Source: Tubiluchus corallicola
Lineage: Eukaryota; Animalia; Priapulida
DNA length: 35,023 nucleotides
Assembly (NCBI GenBank): GCA_030141605.1
Contig: JAQGDQ010001551.1
Coordinates: 1 to 35,023, forward strand
Reading direction: 5' to 3'
A program made the position numbers and the translations under genes. Shown one piece after another: positions 1 through 12,537 of this stretch. How positions within the stretch are numbered: the stretch's first letter is position 1; every line of letters starts with the position of its first letter. The notes under the pieces were generated by a model. The model saw only the letters and a program-made list of their open reading frames with translations. It was not told the origin of the DNA and ran no database searches.

Positions 1-6
1 TAACAT

Positions 7-7
<1 letters not shown>

Positions 8-61
<54 letters not shown>

Positions 62-66
62 TCTTA

Positions 67-131
<65 letters not shown>

Positions 132-162
132 CTACTCGCTTGCTCGCTCACTCACTCACTTA
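8..162. repeat. Compound microsatellite (CTTA)n-(CTTG)n-(CTCA)n
   Basis: Directly visible; a similar compound tract occurs at about 15458-15588. Confidence 0.95.
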
Positions 163-246
163 CTACATTCTCATATCATAGTAACATTATTATAGAATAT
201 AGTAAAACTTCCTGACAGAGTTGTCTATTCAGTGGTAGTTCATTAC

Positions 247-311
247 CTGTTGCTCTCTGAGAACTGGATCCACCCTGGGTACCTCTAACAGGTGGTCTAC
301 TCTCCACTCCT
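247..311 (-). CDS. Coding exon 2 of an unidentified secreted coiled-coil protein (gene continues past the left edge)
   Basis: Minus strand reads tttcttctaattacAG|A GGA GTG...GCA ACA G|GTaatg. 65 nt, open frame (R)GVESRPPVRGTQGGSSSQRAT; entry phase 2 matches exon 1, exit phase 1. Confidence 0.6.
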
Positions 312-353
312 CTGTAATTAGAAGAAATCATAATATTAGAAAAGCAGGGTAGG

Positions 354-463
354 CATCATTGTTCAATTACAGACATCATTGGCCAATCACAGACATCAAT
401 TGGCCAATCACAGACATCATTGTCCAATCACAGACATCATTGTTCAATTACAGACATCATTGG
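354..463. repeat. 20-bp minisatellite (ACAGACATCATTGGCCAATC-like), about 5.5 copies
   Basis: Directly visible tandem units. Confidence 0.9.
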
Positions 464-671
464 CAGATCAGCATAGCATGCATACTAAATGTCTGAGAAA
501 CATATTATGCTTCCATTGAATCCCAATATATCCCGTGGGATACAGGCTATATTTAGCACGCGGGCACAGGTAAAAAAAATTATTATTGTGTGTAAACAAG
601 ATGGACATACTGAACAAAAGTACCGAGCCAAAAATTTTTTCTTATTAAAAAATATTTTGGGACTGAAAGGG
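464..671 (+). mobile_element. Truncated right end of the piggyBac-like MITE seen complete at 29016-29474
   Basis: Near-identical to 29230-29474 and ends TGAAAGGG|TTAA. Confidence 0.75.
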
Positions 672-874
672 TTAACTTTTGTTTGCTGTATTCCACTCCT
701 TAGGACTTAGCCTGCCATTAGTAGTTAAAGCTATTGTAAGAAAGTGTTTAGTAATGGAGCAATCATTACCAAAAGCGCTTACACAGCTTTGCTGCTCTAT
801 CGGTGACATAGAAAATGCGGTCAAAAGTAAAGTAATTGGTCGGTAAAGTCTGGGTGAAATGCCTGTAATGTTAA

Positions 875-1120
875 AGCAAAGCCGGACCTAGTCTTAAACT
901 GTAGGTCAAAACAATTACTATTTAAAAGATAGAAAGCAAACTTACTACTTTTTCAAAAATGACTTACGTGAAAGAATTATTACCACATAAACACAATTTC
1001 ACGTTCACGCCACTAGTTATTCGCTGTTAGATGCATTTCGTCATTCGCTTGTTAGATGGGCACTAGCGCCTGCATTTCGGAAACGCATTACACAAAAACA
1101 GGTGCTGTCTATACCTCTCA
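875..1120 (+). mobile_element. End of a TTAA-flanked (Kolobok-like) DNA element; inverted copy at about 5965-6161
   Basis: Starts TTAA|AGCAAAGCCGGACC; the reverse complement of 5965-6161 aligns along its length. Confidence 0.55.
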
Positions 1121-1370
1121 GGTCAGTTTGTGACGAACTGCACACGTTCGACAGCCCATGCGTAAGCACAGAGGTGAATTTGAAACTTGAATTTTTTTCT
1201 TAAAACTTTCCTAGTTTTAGTACAAGACACTGAGTGTCTCACAGTAGCACTGTACTTCAATTTTCACTTTCACAAACACGTGCAACGCGCTCGGTGAATC
1301 TTTTTGCTGTTGATAATTACTAGAAACTGATGCAGAGTTTCTAAATAAGCATTTTTAAGTTGTGACTTAA

Positions 1371-1823
1371 AGGACAAGAAAATGGCCAGGCAAAGTAAGC
1401 CTCAGAAAATTTGCAATAGAAAAGTTACATTACCTAAGTATAATCTTAAGCGAATAAAGTACTCACGCAATTCGCATTTACTCAAATTTTTGTAAAATAT
1501 TTCAACCGGTGCAGTTAACGTTGGAGCAGACATGTTTCTTTAGTCCACCAATTGAAAAGCCGGCATGTGACTGATCACGTGGCATGACATCACTCGAACA
1601 CAGTCGCAGCGAGTTCTGAGCACGTGTACTATAAGGTGTTGTGGTTCTGTGACGCCATCTAATATGGCGCCGCCGTGATAGTCTCGCGTGAGGATTTAAA
1701 ATGAAAAGAAACAGGAAATTCTTTTAACGTGAGTATGATAAACGCTTAAGATTACCTCTAACAGTTATAATTCTTTAGTGAACATTTTCTGAGACTTGCT
1801 TTAACTTGGCCTTTTCTTGTCCT
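1371..1823. mobile_element. Kolobok-like non-autonomous DNA transposon
   Basis: TTAA|AGGACAAGAAAA...TTTTCTTGTCCT terminal inverted repeats (right TTAA degenerate). The reverse-complemented right arm resembles the left arm of 9526-10047. Confidence 0.6.
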
Positions 1824-2226
1824 TGACTAAGGCTGACTAAGCATTCACTACATGTACGGAGGTTAAAAATGAAAAATTACTTCCTGCGTCCCCTCTCCTC
1901 CCACCTTCCCCAAAAAAACTAGCCACAGGCTAATTTGCATAATGGTTGAGCTGAGTGGAATAATGTAGTGGACATGTAAAAATGACTATTGCATTAGTGC
2001 ACTGCAGCACTCAAGGTTATACAGGTCTGTAAAACTTATATCATAAATACGCCGCGTATTTAATCATCGTATCAGCCTTTGTCTCTGCACCCTTTTGCTT
2101 AGGATCACGGTTACTCCCAAACAGTTAGAAGTAAGCAGTAACGGCAACTACAACGGTCACATTATCGGCAAGATGGATCACGAAAACAAACATACAAGCA
2201 TATATACAGGCACATATACAGGCATA

Positions 2227-2400
2227 CATTCATGCGTACATTCATGCGTACATTCATGCGCACATTCATGCGTATATTCATGCGTACATTCATGCGTACA
2301 TTCATGCGTACATACATGCGTACATACATGCGTACATACATGCGTACATTCATGCGTACATTCATGCGTACATTCATGCGTACATACATGCGTACATACA
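2227..2400. repeat. 12-bp tandem repeat (CATTCATGCGTA/CATACATGCGTA), about 14 copies
   Basis: Directly visible; explains the HSCV/MRTF ORFs. Confidence 0.95.
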
Positions 2401-2504
2401 GGCATACAGTACATACTATCAGCACTACTACTCTCTCGATGAAAGTTGTTGTTGCATCTACAATAAGCATTTCCTCCCACCTTTATCACGTAGTCAGTGC
2501 TTTT

Positions 2505-2745
2505 GTCACCATCATCATATGTATCGTACTTCTCACCATTGTCATCATCATTGTCATTACTATCGTTATAGTAATAATCACCGTCATCATTGTGATATCA
2601 TCATCATCACATTATCACCATCATCGTCATCATCATCACCATTCTCATTATTCTTGTATCACTGTCATTATAGTCATAATTACCGTCGTCACTGTCGTAT
2701 CGTCACGATCACCATCATAATCATCATCATAATCATTATAGATTA
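2505..2745. repeat. Degenerate (ATC/GTC)n microsatellite
   Basis: Directly visible; reads (GAT/GAC)n on the sense strand of the minus gene, immediately after its donor site. Confidence 0.9.
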
Positions 2746-2757
2746 ATCACTAATTAC

Positions 2758-3080
2758 CGTCTAGACTCTTGTGACGACACACCGGCTCTGAGTTGTTGGT
2801 TTTCTTGTGTTAGTGCATCAACTAGTTCAGTAAGTCTCCGCTGTTCTGCACTGTCGCCACATGTATCTCTTAACCTCTGCTCGCAAGTGTCAGTCTGTTT
2901 CTCCAAATTCAAATTTTCGTCTCTTAGCGTCTTTATTATCTGAAATATCAGTTGCCCATTGGACGGGCACGCACTAGGCGACACACTGAGGTCAAAACGA
3001 CACGTATCCTGAGCCAGTTGACCTTTGACCGCAAAGGTCAATGTCACTGTCATAAGAAACAGCCAATCGCTGGCAACCAT
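2758..3080 (-). CDS. Coding exon 1 of an unidentified secreted protein (signal peptide, Cys motif, coiled coil)
   Basis: Good Kozak context GCCATCATGG. MVASDWLFLMTVTLTFAVKG looks like a signal peptide, followed by CRFDLSVSPSACP and heptad-like Leu/Gln/Glu-rich sequence. Donor CG|GTAATT at 2757 (phase 2). Confidence 0.7.
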
Positions 3081-4298
3081 GATGGCGCAATCAATATAAA
3101 TTACCAAAAAAGGATTAGACTGGTTCACGACTCACATTTTAACTTGTGCTTTTCTTCAATCGTCAAGAAATTGTTTGTTTATTTTTTATATACAAAATGC
3201 TACACTGTATCGACGACACTTAGAAATTCACCAACTCAAGATTTTCATTTTTTCAGTGAAAACTTCGCCCAATCTTGTCTCTTCATATTAAACAGAGCAC
3301 ACGTAAAATTATCCTGCTCACAGGACTATTCCTGGTTAGATAAGAGCACTTACCCTGTGATAACTTTTAAAAATTAAAAATTTCGCAAATTTTGCGCTAA
3401 ATTCGTGTTTATTTTCATCACAAACCAAACTTTTCACAATAAAAACAAAATGCCGTCTGTCCACTGAAACGATTAAAATGAGGCTGTGTGCATCGCTGCT
3501 CGGTTCACTTATTTAAACCCTCGGGACACAGACAAGCAAAACATCTAGAATTACGAAAAATTCTTAAATGATAAGTATCCGTAGACGGACAAACACATTT
3601 GGAACCCCCTACCTCAAGGCACAGCCTTCTGCAAGTGGGCAGGCAAGATTATCTATTTTTTTACACTGAAACTTTGTTGGTTTATTTTTCGTCGAAACAC
3701 ACTTGTAGAAAAAACGTGACTTAGAACAGGACGCTGCGCATGCGCAGGCGTTTTGCAGGATAAAAATTTAATGGATGCAAGGCAAGAACAAGGGACAATT
3801 TCCAGAATTTGCATATCCAGAATCTGCATACTTAGACATGCCATTACCACCTATCAGCATTTAATTTTTCTAGTCAGTTATCATAATTGGTATAGAGAAT
3901 TTGAAAATGCAAAATATTTTCGCAGAAAGTAAGAATAGCACCATTTTTTCCCATTTCGTTAAAAATTTCACTATCACGTACTCGGCACAATACTACTCCA
4001 ACATTCCACTGCAAATTTTACTTTCCTGTTTCTCTGCGATGTACACTTTTTATAATTATCAATAATTAGTCTTGAAACTCGACATCAAAATCACGTAGAT
4101 TCCGGCTGAGTTTGGCGTTCCTCGTTACAAACGACCTGCAAAGAGTCGTGCAGTTGTCAACAGGCTGTAATTTGTTGACATGTACTTTAACCTTTGAACC
4201 CTTTGCCAAGGTTCAATGTTTGCTGCCCAGAGGCAGGTGTTCAGGTTGCAAGCGCTCAAAAATGTTTAATTGGTATCATCACCAGGTGCTTAGCCAAG

Positions 4299-4790
4299 AG
4301 TAATTACGTTGAATATTTACTTCTTGGTGTGACAGCATGTATGTGCATGTTGACCGAACAAACGTACGAACGGATGGATGGTTGGATGGATGGATGGATG
4401 GATGGATGGATGGATGGATGGATGGATGGATGGATGGATGGATGGATGGATGGATGGATGGATGGATGGATGGATGGATGCGTGGATGGATGGATGCTGG
4501 GAAGAGGGACGGACGGACGGATGGAGGGAGCGAGGGAGAGAGGGATGGAGAGACGGAGGGAGAGAGGGGCGGAAGGATGGACAGAAGAACGGATGGATGG
4601 AGGGAGTGAGGGATGGAGGGAAGGAGGGAAGCAGAGAGGGGGAGGGAGTGAGGGACGGTCGGACGGATGGACGGACTGACAGACGGATGGATGGATGGAG
4701 GGAGGGAATGAGGGAGGGAGGGGTGGATGGAGGGAGTGAGAGAGGTAGGGACGGAGAGAGGACGGACGGACGGACAGACGAACGTTTGAA
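4299..4790 (+). repeat. About 75-bp unique head plus (GGAT)n and degenerate (GGAS/GA) tract; inverted copy at 6313-6571
   Basis: AGTAATTACGTTGAATATTTACTTCTT...CGAACAAACG followed by (GGAT)n; its reverse complement is found at 6313-6571. Confidence 0.85.
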
Positions 4791-5130
4791 CGAATAAAGG
4801 AGCAAACAAATAAATGAGTGGATGAGTCATCATCAATCACTGAAACTGAGAAAAGGTTACAGCCCTTCATGTCACTTCAATTCTCAGGTTCTCAGGTTAA
4901 TATCAACTGTATGACATGTCACAACTAAACCCTCCTTTCTGACACCCCTGATTAATCTCACATATACTATTCTTTACTATCAGAATAATCATACATACAA
5001 TTGTTTTCACGGGCTTTCACACTAATACATTTGTTAGTCGTATTTTGGCTGTTCAACAGGTTTATCGACCTGCATCTCCCACATTTCCAGAATTCGACTC
5101 TTTCCTTGACAACTGTGTGACAACAAAGCT

Positions 5131-5850
5131 AAATTTAGATTTAGATTTAATATTTTATTTCAAACTTCGCAAATTTCATATGCACATCACAAATTAATAC
5201 AAATAATACAATAAATCATGACACATAACAATAACACAAATAACAATTAACTATATAACAAACTACGCCAATGACATCTAATCACAGAAGTAAAGTTTAC
5301 ATCACTGTTTAAAATGTTCTTGCATATAAAATTTTCACTCTTATTTAACCTGACGTGTAAACTGAATGCACATTTTCTGTGAAAAACATCAAAATAAATA
5401 AGATTAAGTCTAGTAGAAATATATCTTGCGCTCGTATCATATGAAAAGTTAAACAGCTTCCGTGTTGATACATTATATGCAACCTTGAGTTTGCTAAGAT
5501 TGTAAGAATAAAAATGTCTCCAAGTGGACATACAACAAAAAGTAGTGCAGTAAGCATTAAACAATTGTCTCTTCACGTTAACTGAACAGTGAGTAGATTT
5601 CATGAGTAATTTATTTGCTCTACCATAGTAAATTGAACATTGTCTTAATATATCTAAATCATCTCTATTGTCTTCTGATAAAATATGACCCAGATATATT
5701 TCATGAGTAATTTATTTGCTCTACCATAGTAAATTGAACATTGTCTTAATATATCTAAATCATCTCTATTGTCTTCTGATAAAATATGACCCAGATATTT
5801 TTCCTTTTTACTTGGTACAAAACTTATACACTGCAAAATAACAGACCCAA
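5131..5850 (-). mobile_element. Degraded 3' end of a non-LTR retrotransposon (RT C-terminal region; RTE/RTEX- or CR1-group)
   Basis: KYLGHILSEDNRDDLDILRQ...YGRANKLLMK...CSVNVKRQLFNAYC...LKVAYN...W pattern typical of LINE ORF2 C-termini. AATAAA plus (AAATCT)n tail on the minus strand; internal 101-bp tandem duplication (5601/5702). Confidence 0.8.
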
Positions 5851-6312
5851 AAGTAAACTACTGCATGTGGGCGGAGCGAAACGTGACAAGTTTAGTCTTA
5901 TTCACATTTACAAGGATATCATATTCTTTAGCAATTGTTTACTCACAAACTAACACATCCGAAATGAGAGGTACAGCACCTGTTGCGTCTCCAGTCAATG
6001 GCGAAATGCATGTAACAGCGAAGAACTAGTGGTGCCAATGTGAAATTGTGTTTGTGTGGTAATAATTCTTTCATTTTCGAAAAAAAATAGTTTGTTTCCT
6101 TTCAATATTTTAAAGAGTAGATCGTTTTGACCTGCAGTTTAAAATTGGGTCCGGTTCTGCTTTGAATTAGTTTTCCACTCTTGTAGAATTTAATTTCAAT
6201 TTATTTGCTTATTCTCGTTTAATTGTTTATTGTTTGCTTTGTTTTGCTTATTTTTGCCCATTCTGCTTAGTTTTTGTTTATTTTTTGCGCCCGTTGCAAT
6301 GCACGTCGGTAG

Positions 6313-6352
6313 CCATCCATCCATCCATCCATCCATCCATCCATCCATCCAT

Positions 6353-6385
<33 letters not shown>

Positions 6386-6571
6386 AATCCATCCATCCAT
6401 TCATCCATCCATCCATCCATCCATCCTTCCATCCATCCATCCATCCATCCATCCATCCATCCATCCATATACCCACCCATCCATCCATCCATCCATCCAT
6501 TCGTTCGTTTGTTCGGTCAACATGCACATACATGCTGTTACAGTAAGAAGTAAATATTCAACGTAATTACT
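6313..6571 (-). repeat. (CCAT)n plus about 75-bp head; inverted copy of 4299-4480
   Basis: Direct comparison of the two copies. Confidence 0.85.
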
Positions 6572-7239
6572 GTTGACACCATAAATGGAGCTTCATTTTT
6601 ATTTATATAAGCTAATTCATCTTTATTTCTCTCTTTGTTTATTTGCTTATATATTTTAACTTGGTCAATTATTTGGTTTTTGTTTATAACCATAGTCATT
6701 CGTTTATTTGCTTACTGATTTTGTTTATTTTCTTTATTGACTTCTTTATTACTGTATCAGTAAATCTGCAATTATGTGACAATTATGTGACAATTATGTG
6801 AAGAATTATACTTACTTTTTCTCATAATTTTTTCTATATTACACTTTTTTGATGCTTATTTTTTCTTTGCATACTCTCAGTTTTTAACTTTACTCACTAA
6901 CCTTGGTCAAATTCCCCTGTTAATAAGACCCCATTTGAAACTACTACATATAATAATCCTAATTACTGAATAATTGTATTGTTTTGTTTAGATTTTGGTA
7001 TCCAACTTTATTATTATTATTTTTGTTTTCAGTTCTTTTTGGATAATTTGTATCATTTATATTGGTTTTATTATTATTTTTTCTGATTTGTTTTTGCTTT
7101 TGTTATCTGCAACATCACCGTTAATTTTTAATATACTAATCTATTTATAAGAAAGAGCAGGAGACTACCTTCCCTGCCCTGCTCTAGGATTATAATTACT
7201 TAATATTTAAAAAAAATTTGATGTTAAACTAACTGGAGA

Positions 7240-7353
7240 AAATAAATGTTCTATGTCTATGGCTATGTCTATGGCTATGTCTATGTCTATGTCTATGTCT
7301 ATGTCTATGTCTATGTCTATGTCTATGTCTATGTCTACGTCTATGTCTATGTC
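7240..7353 (+). repeat. (CTATGT)n hexamer tract preceded by AATAAA; possible retroelement tail
   Basis: Repeat is directly visible; the tail interpretation is inference. Confidence 0.85.
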
Positions 7354-7943
7354 CTGATAAACATTATCTAATTAACTTAATTAAAAAAACTTCATCATTA
7401 CTATAGCTGCAGTCGCTGTCAGAGGAAAATGAAAATACTTCCATTTCATCACTTAGTGTCTCCTCACAGATCTTTGCTTATGTTAACAAAAAACGAAAAT
7501 AACAAATGACTCATTTCACTGCTTATAAGTGCACAATTATCTAATTATCATAATTTTAAGACAAAAACAAAGTAAATATTACTTTGCTCAGATCGAGCAT
7601 CTAATTAGTTGGTAATTGAGCACTTATTAACATATCGAATTCTGCCAGCGTTTATTTGCAAACTGTCACTTCCTTTTACTCTGGCTGACAGGCTTCTCAA
7701 CGTGATCACGTGATCACTCATTTTAAACGTTTCTCTACCTGCTGTAAAAACAAAACATGTCATCATAATTATCATAATTATCATTTTCATCATTACTCAT
7801 CAGACAATTATAGTTTCTGTCATCGGATCACGTTTACAGTATCAGCAAAAAAAGCTCGGAATGGTGTAGTGTTGTGAATTTCTGAAATTCAACTTGTAGA
7901 TCTGTGCTGCCACCTGCGGGCGGAAATAAATAGTAAGTTAACA

Positions 7944-7992
7944 CAGGGACCTCTATAACTGAGTTAAATAACTTTAGTTATAGAGGTCCTTC
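7944..7992. mobile_element. 49-bp hairpin mini-element flanked by GTTAACA direct repeats
   Basis: GGACCTCTATAACT...AGTTATAGAGGTCC perfect 14-bp stem; GTTAACA at 7937-7943 and 7993-7999. Confidence 0.55.
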
Positions 7993-8023
7993 GTTAACAT
8001 GACAGATGACTAATGACATTTAA

Positions 8024-8196
8024 GTTACAATTCCATGTGCGCGTAATCCAACGGTTTTTATTTTAACAGGAAAAAGTGTTTTCATGTTTTACGCAATGCG
8101 TGTTGCGTGTTACGCATTCACTCGAACGCGATGGCTATCGTATGAATACGCATCACGCATTACGGATCACGCATTACGCGCACATGGAGTCGTAGC
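8024..8196. mobile_element. Small MITE-like element with about 24-bp imperfect TIRs
   Basis: GTTACAATTCCATGTGCGCGTAAT / ATTACGCGCACATGGAGTCGTAGC. Confidence 0.6.
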
Positions 8197-8731
8197 CTCA
8201 CAGTATCAGCGCAAAACCATTTGAAAATGCAATGTTACGTATTTCTGAAATTATGCAGGTCTATGCTGCCACCTACAGGCGAGAATAAATAGTAAGTTAA
8301 CAAGGTCTGGGAATTAATTCGATGTACGCTAAAGCCAGGTACTGTATAACACACCTAATAACACAATAATAAAGAATAATAACACTTGGATTATTTTATT
8401 AGAACAAGTCTAAGATGAAAGTTCTTATGCACATCTTGATGAATATTATTTGAACTAAGTAGTGAAATTGAACACGTGTTTAGTACATAATTGCAATTGA
8501 GCTTATGCACCACGTGATTTAACTGCATCAGTAACTCTGTGAAAAATTTTGAAAATGCTACAGTGGAAAAGTGAAAATTGCTCTATTTACAGAAGGAAAT
8601 TAACTCGACTAGTCTCTGACAGGTGGCAGCAGCAGCAGTAGCAGCTATACATACGTGCACACGTCGAAAAACTTTGTGTTTCATTTCATGCTGAGAGATA
8701 TCCGACGTAGGAATTAGCTGATAACTCCTAA

Positions 8732-9276
8732 AGGAAGACCGGACGATTGTTTAGGCTCAATCTCATTTTAATTTACTGTCCAAAATGTACGTTTCCTTGC
8801 CTATAAATGTTAACAATTGTTCCTTATATTTGAATAATTAGCTTAGAAATTTAATTAACGTTAATAGAAGCTATTGCTTACGTCAGAAACTAACCACAGT
8901 TTGTGCAGTGGCACGCGTCTTCCCTTGCGCATCAAGTACATTTGCATAAGGGTTACAGTACTGCTTAAACGCATGATGTCACGAAAAATGGGTTCTACAT
9001 CATATGACGTCAGAAACTAACACTGCAGTTGATGAGCATGCTTATCACGGTACCGCCTTCTCTTTGTCGGCCACGCGAATGTGACAAAAAGGCGCCGCTG
9101 CCAATCTTAGTAGATTGACTGAGCCGCGCGTAGCTTTGAAAGTTTAACGAAATTTGAGTAACCGAGGTAATTATTATTTAATCTAAGCTTTGAGTTAAAA
9201 TAAGCTTTTGTAGTTTTCAATATTTTAGAGCATTATTTATTCTGAACTAATTTTTACACAATCATCCGGTTTTCCT
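8732..9276. mobile_element. Kolobok-like MITE; a truncated left-end copy lies at 27147-27274
   Basis: CTAA|AGGAAGACCGGACGATTGT...ACAATCATCCGGTTTTCCT|TTAA. Confidence 0.65.
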
Positions 9277-9525
9277 TTAAGATAAGCCATGAGTGGAGGA
9301 AAACACTTGCGGTACTGAAGCTGAAGAGAAATTCCTGACTTTCAAACACATAATCTTAAGCAAGGCTAGTCGAGATGTGGCACGTTTTTTTCTTAATAAA
9401 TGGGGCACTAGGGCTGACCTAAACACAGATGCGATACAATCACTAGAGCTAAGTGGTTTTTCTTAGAAAAGAGAGCCAGAAGAAATATTTCTACTTGGGG
9501 TCTAGAGGCGCTGACACGAATTTAA

Positions 9526-10047
9526 AGGACAAGAAAAGGGGCACCTGAAGTAGGTTTCAGAAAAATCGCCTTAAAAATTATATTACTTTACAGCAATTTT
9601 ATGCGTATATCTTACTCACACTGAAAGGAATTTTAGTTTGTTTTCATTTTAAATCTCCCGCAATGCTGTTCCGATGTCGCCATTACATGACGTCATACAT
9701 CAAACGTAAATCAAGGGAAGAAAAGGTGTTTGGTCACTAACCAAAAACGTATTTTTAATCCTATTGACAAAATACAGTAATTTTAAATTTTATTTAGTTA
9801 GTGACTTGTGCGCTACGAATGCTCTGATTATTTTTTCAAACTTTACAAAATGTTATCTAAACTTGTTTCAAATGACCAGTCGTGAAAATGGCTGCGTCTA
9901 ACGGTCATCGCGGGAGTTTAAATTTACATGTTTTATACAGCGTGACTGCCGATTGAAGTCCTGCACGCAAAAAGGCAGTATGTACGTAATATAAAATTTT
10001 AAGACGAATTTTTCAAGCTTCATGTTTGTGAAGGGTTTTCTTGTACT
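9526..10047 (+). mobile_element. Kolobok-like non-autonomous DNA transposon
   Basis: TTAA|AGGACAAGAAAA...TTTTCTTGTACT|TTAA; homologous to 33574-34551. Confidence 0.75.
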
Positions 10048-10919
10048 TTAATTTGGTTTTATTTTGGTGCTCAGTTTAGTGGAGACGTGTATTGCAGTCG
10101 TGTGTTGAAATGGTACCGGTCTTCACGAGTACGTACGTGGTTGCATTTCACGCTTTTGTCTCACTGTTGTTGTTATGGATGCTGCCTAGTAAAATGTAAT
10201 CATTAAATCATGCTATACTTTCGCTATTGTTGCAAATGTGTTTTGTAAACAAACCATTTTCATTTATGTAAATAAACGAATCGGAGTCAGTATCTTTCTA
10301 TATTGATATCTGCAATTTAGAGGGTTTTGGGCAGTCAAACCCCCCAGAACATTTAATTTTTCATTGTCCGTTACCATTGGTTAGATAAGATATAAGAGTG
10401 AATCTCGAGCGCCGCTTAGAAAATAATGACATTCGAAACATTTACAGAAAGAGAGACACTAATGTAATTAAAATGTATATAGATATTGTAAAAGAACTAA
10501 CCCAAAATGATCTTATAGTAAATTGATTATACATTGATTATAAATATTGGATATATATTTAGAATAAACAAATCGTAATGCAAAATTGTCAGCTTGTTGA
10601 GTAAGAAATTCATTTAATGTACATAGTGTAAAGACTTATTTAACATTTTTGTACTTTTGTGCCCTGCAAATAGAGGGCTTATTGTATAATTTTCAATAAA
10701 GTTTTTTAATAATAATTAATAATATATTGATATTTCTTTCTTACAGGTAACTTTAACTACATTTCAGAGATAATTGTTATAAATGACCACTGGTTTTATA
10801 TAATTCGGAATAAAATAAAAATAAAAACGAAGTATTCTTCATTTCCTCTACCTTGTGAAAAACTAAAAAAATTCTCCATTACTGAGTAAGTACCGCGTTA
10901 GTATCAGTTAAACAGACGC

Positions 10920-11750
10920 GAATGATGGATTCTTCAAATCAGTTTTTTCAACTTCTACAACATAATGCCAACATTAGGCCCACAGTGACAATTAACAAAA
11001 CCATGAATGTTGGATTCTTCAAATCAGTTTATTCAACTTCCACAACATAATGCCAACATTAGGCCCACAGTGACAATTAACAAAAGCATGAATGATGGAT
11101 TCTTCAAATCAGTTTATTCAACTTCCACAACATAATTCCAACATTAGGCCCACAGTGACAATTAACAAAAGCATGAATGATGGATTCTTCAAATCAGTTT
11201 ATTCAACTTCTACAACATAATGCCAACATTAGGCTCCCAGAGACAATTAGCAAAAGCATGAATGTTGGATTTTTCACAATCAGTTTATTCATCTTCTACA
11301 ACACAATGCCAACATTAGATCCACAGTGACAATTAACAAAAGCATGAATGTTGGATTCTTCAAATCAGTTTGTTCAGCTTCTACAACATAATGCCAACAT
11401 TAGGCCCACAGTCACAATTAACAAAAGCATGAATGATGGATTCTTCAAATCAGTTTGTTCAACTTCTACAACATAATGCCAACATTAGGCCCACAGTCAC
11501 AATTAACAAAAGCGTGAATGATGGATTCTTCAAGTCAGTTCATTCAACTTCTACAACATGATGCCAACATTAGGCCCACAGTGACAATTAACAAAAGCAT
11601 GAATGTTAGATTCTTCAAATCAGTTTATTCAACTTGTACAACATAATACTAACATTAGACCCACAGTGACAATTAACAAAAGCGTGAATGTTGGATTCTT
11701 CAAATCAGTTTATTCAACTTCCACAACATAATGCCAACATTAGACCCACA
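10920..11750. repeat. 85-bp minisatellite, about 10 copies
   Basis: Unit GAATG(A/T)TGGATTCTTCAAATCAG...ACAATTAACAAAAGCAT recurs at 10920, 11005, 11090, and so on. Confidence 0.95.
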
Positions 11751-12537
11751 TGAATTATTTTCACGTAATCTTCTAAAACCCTACAGCTGGCGGAGGTCCT
11801 GGGTCCCTTAGCTCATAAAGACCATGCCTGAATCCGGCTCTACATGGAATACATATTAAAGTCAAGTACAGACATGTGTACTAAAAGCTGTATTAAGGGC
11901 TATCTGCTTTGTGTAAGTTAAGTAATTACAAGGCCAATGAATTATGGATGGGCTTGGCAGCTGGTGATAGTATCGATATAGTCATAACTGCATAGAATTA
12001 CTTAACGCGCTTTGTTTACATGATATATTAACAACGCCCATCAATGTTCCTAGTCAGCGAAAACTTTGAATGAAATTAGATATACACGAGTACAGGCTGA
12101 TAAGTTTCCGTAGTATTCTATGCCACCTGTTACACGCAAATTGTGAATATTCTTAAGAACGTATACAGCAGTCTATACAGTTGCCAATACAGTACGTTTG
12201 GAGCATTATAGTAGATTCGTAAGCGTATACGTAGTAGGTAGAGCGTAGCCACGCGAGATACCACCCAAGAAACATCGAATAGTCGTTAAACAACAGACTT
12301 ATAGTGGACGGATGTTATGTCTGATCTTGCTGCAGTGTTCGCCTCTTACTTGTGATGTCACTTCCACTGATTACTGAACTATATATTCGCTTCAATGTTT
12401 TCTGTAACTTAGCAGTATGGTGTAATGTTAAAGGCTGGTCAATTTTGGTTATCGGTGACATGGATCAATGTTTCCTGTAACTTAGCAATATGGTGTAATG
12501 TTAAAGGTTGGTCAATTTTGGCTGACATGGAGATTAA

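Noticed and set aside
2095-2746. ORFs with HSCV, MRTF, His-rich or Ile-rich repeats
   Set aside because: Translations of simple repeats, open in many frames on both strands, inside an intron.
3734-3745. Perfect TGCGCATGCGCA (NRF1/EWG-type) palindrome upstream of the minus gene
   Set aside because: A single short motif that is also common in repeats; no TSS evidence.
4194-4870. MDGW / PSIH ORFs (also 6196-6566)
   Set aside because: (GGAT)n microsatellite artefacts.
7605-7793. Possible minus-strand 5'UTR exon after TTTTGTTTTTACAGCAG
   Set aside because: Acceptor-like, but there is no convincing donor and no recognisable coding similarity.
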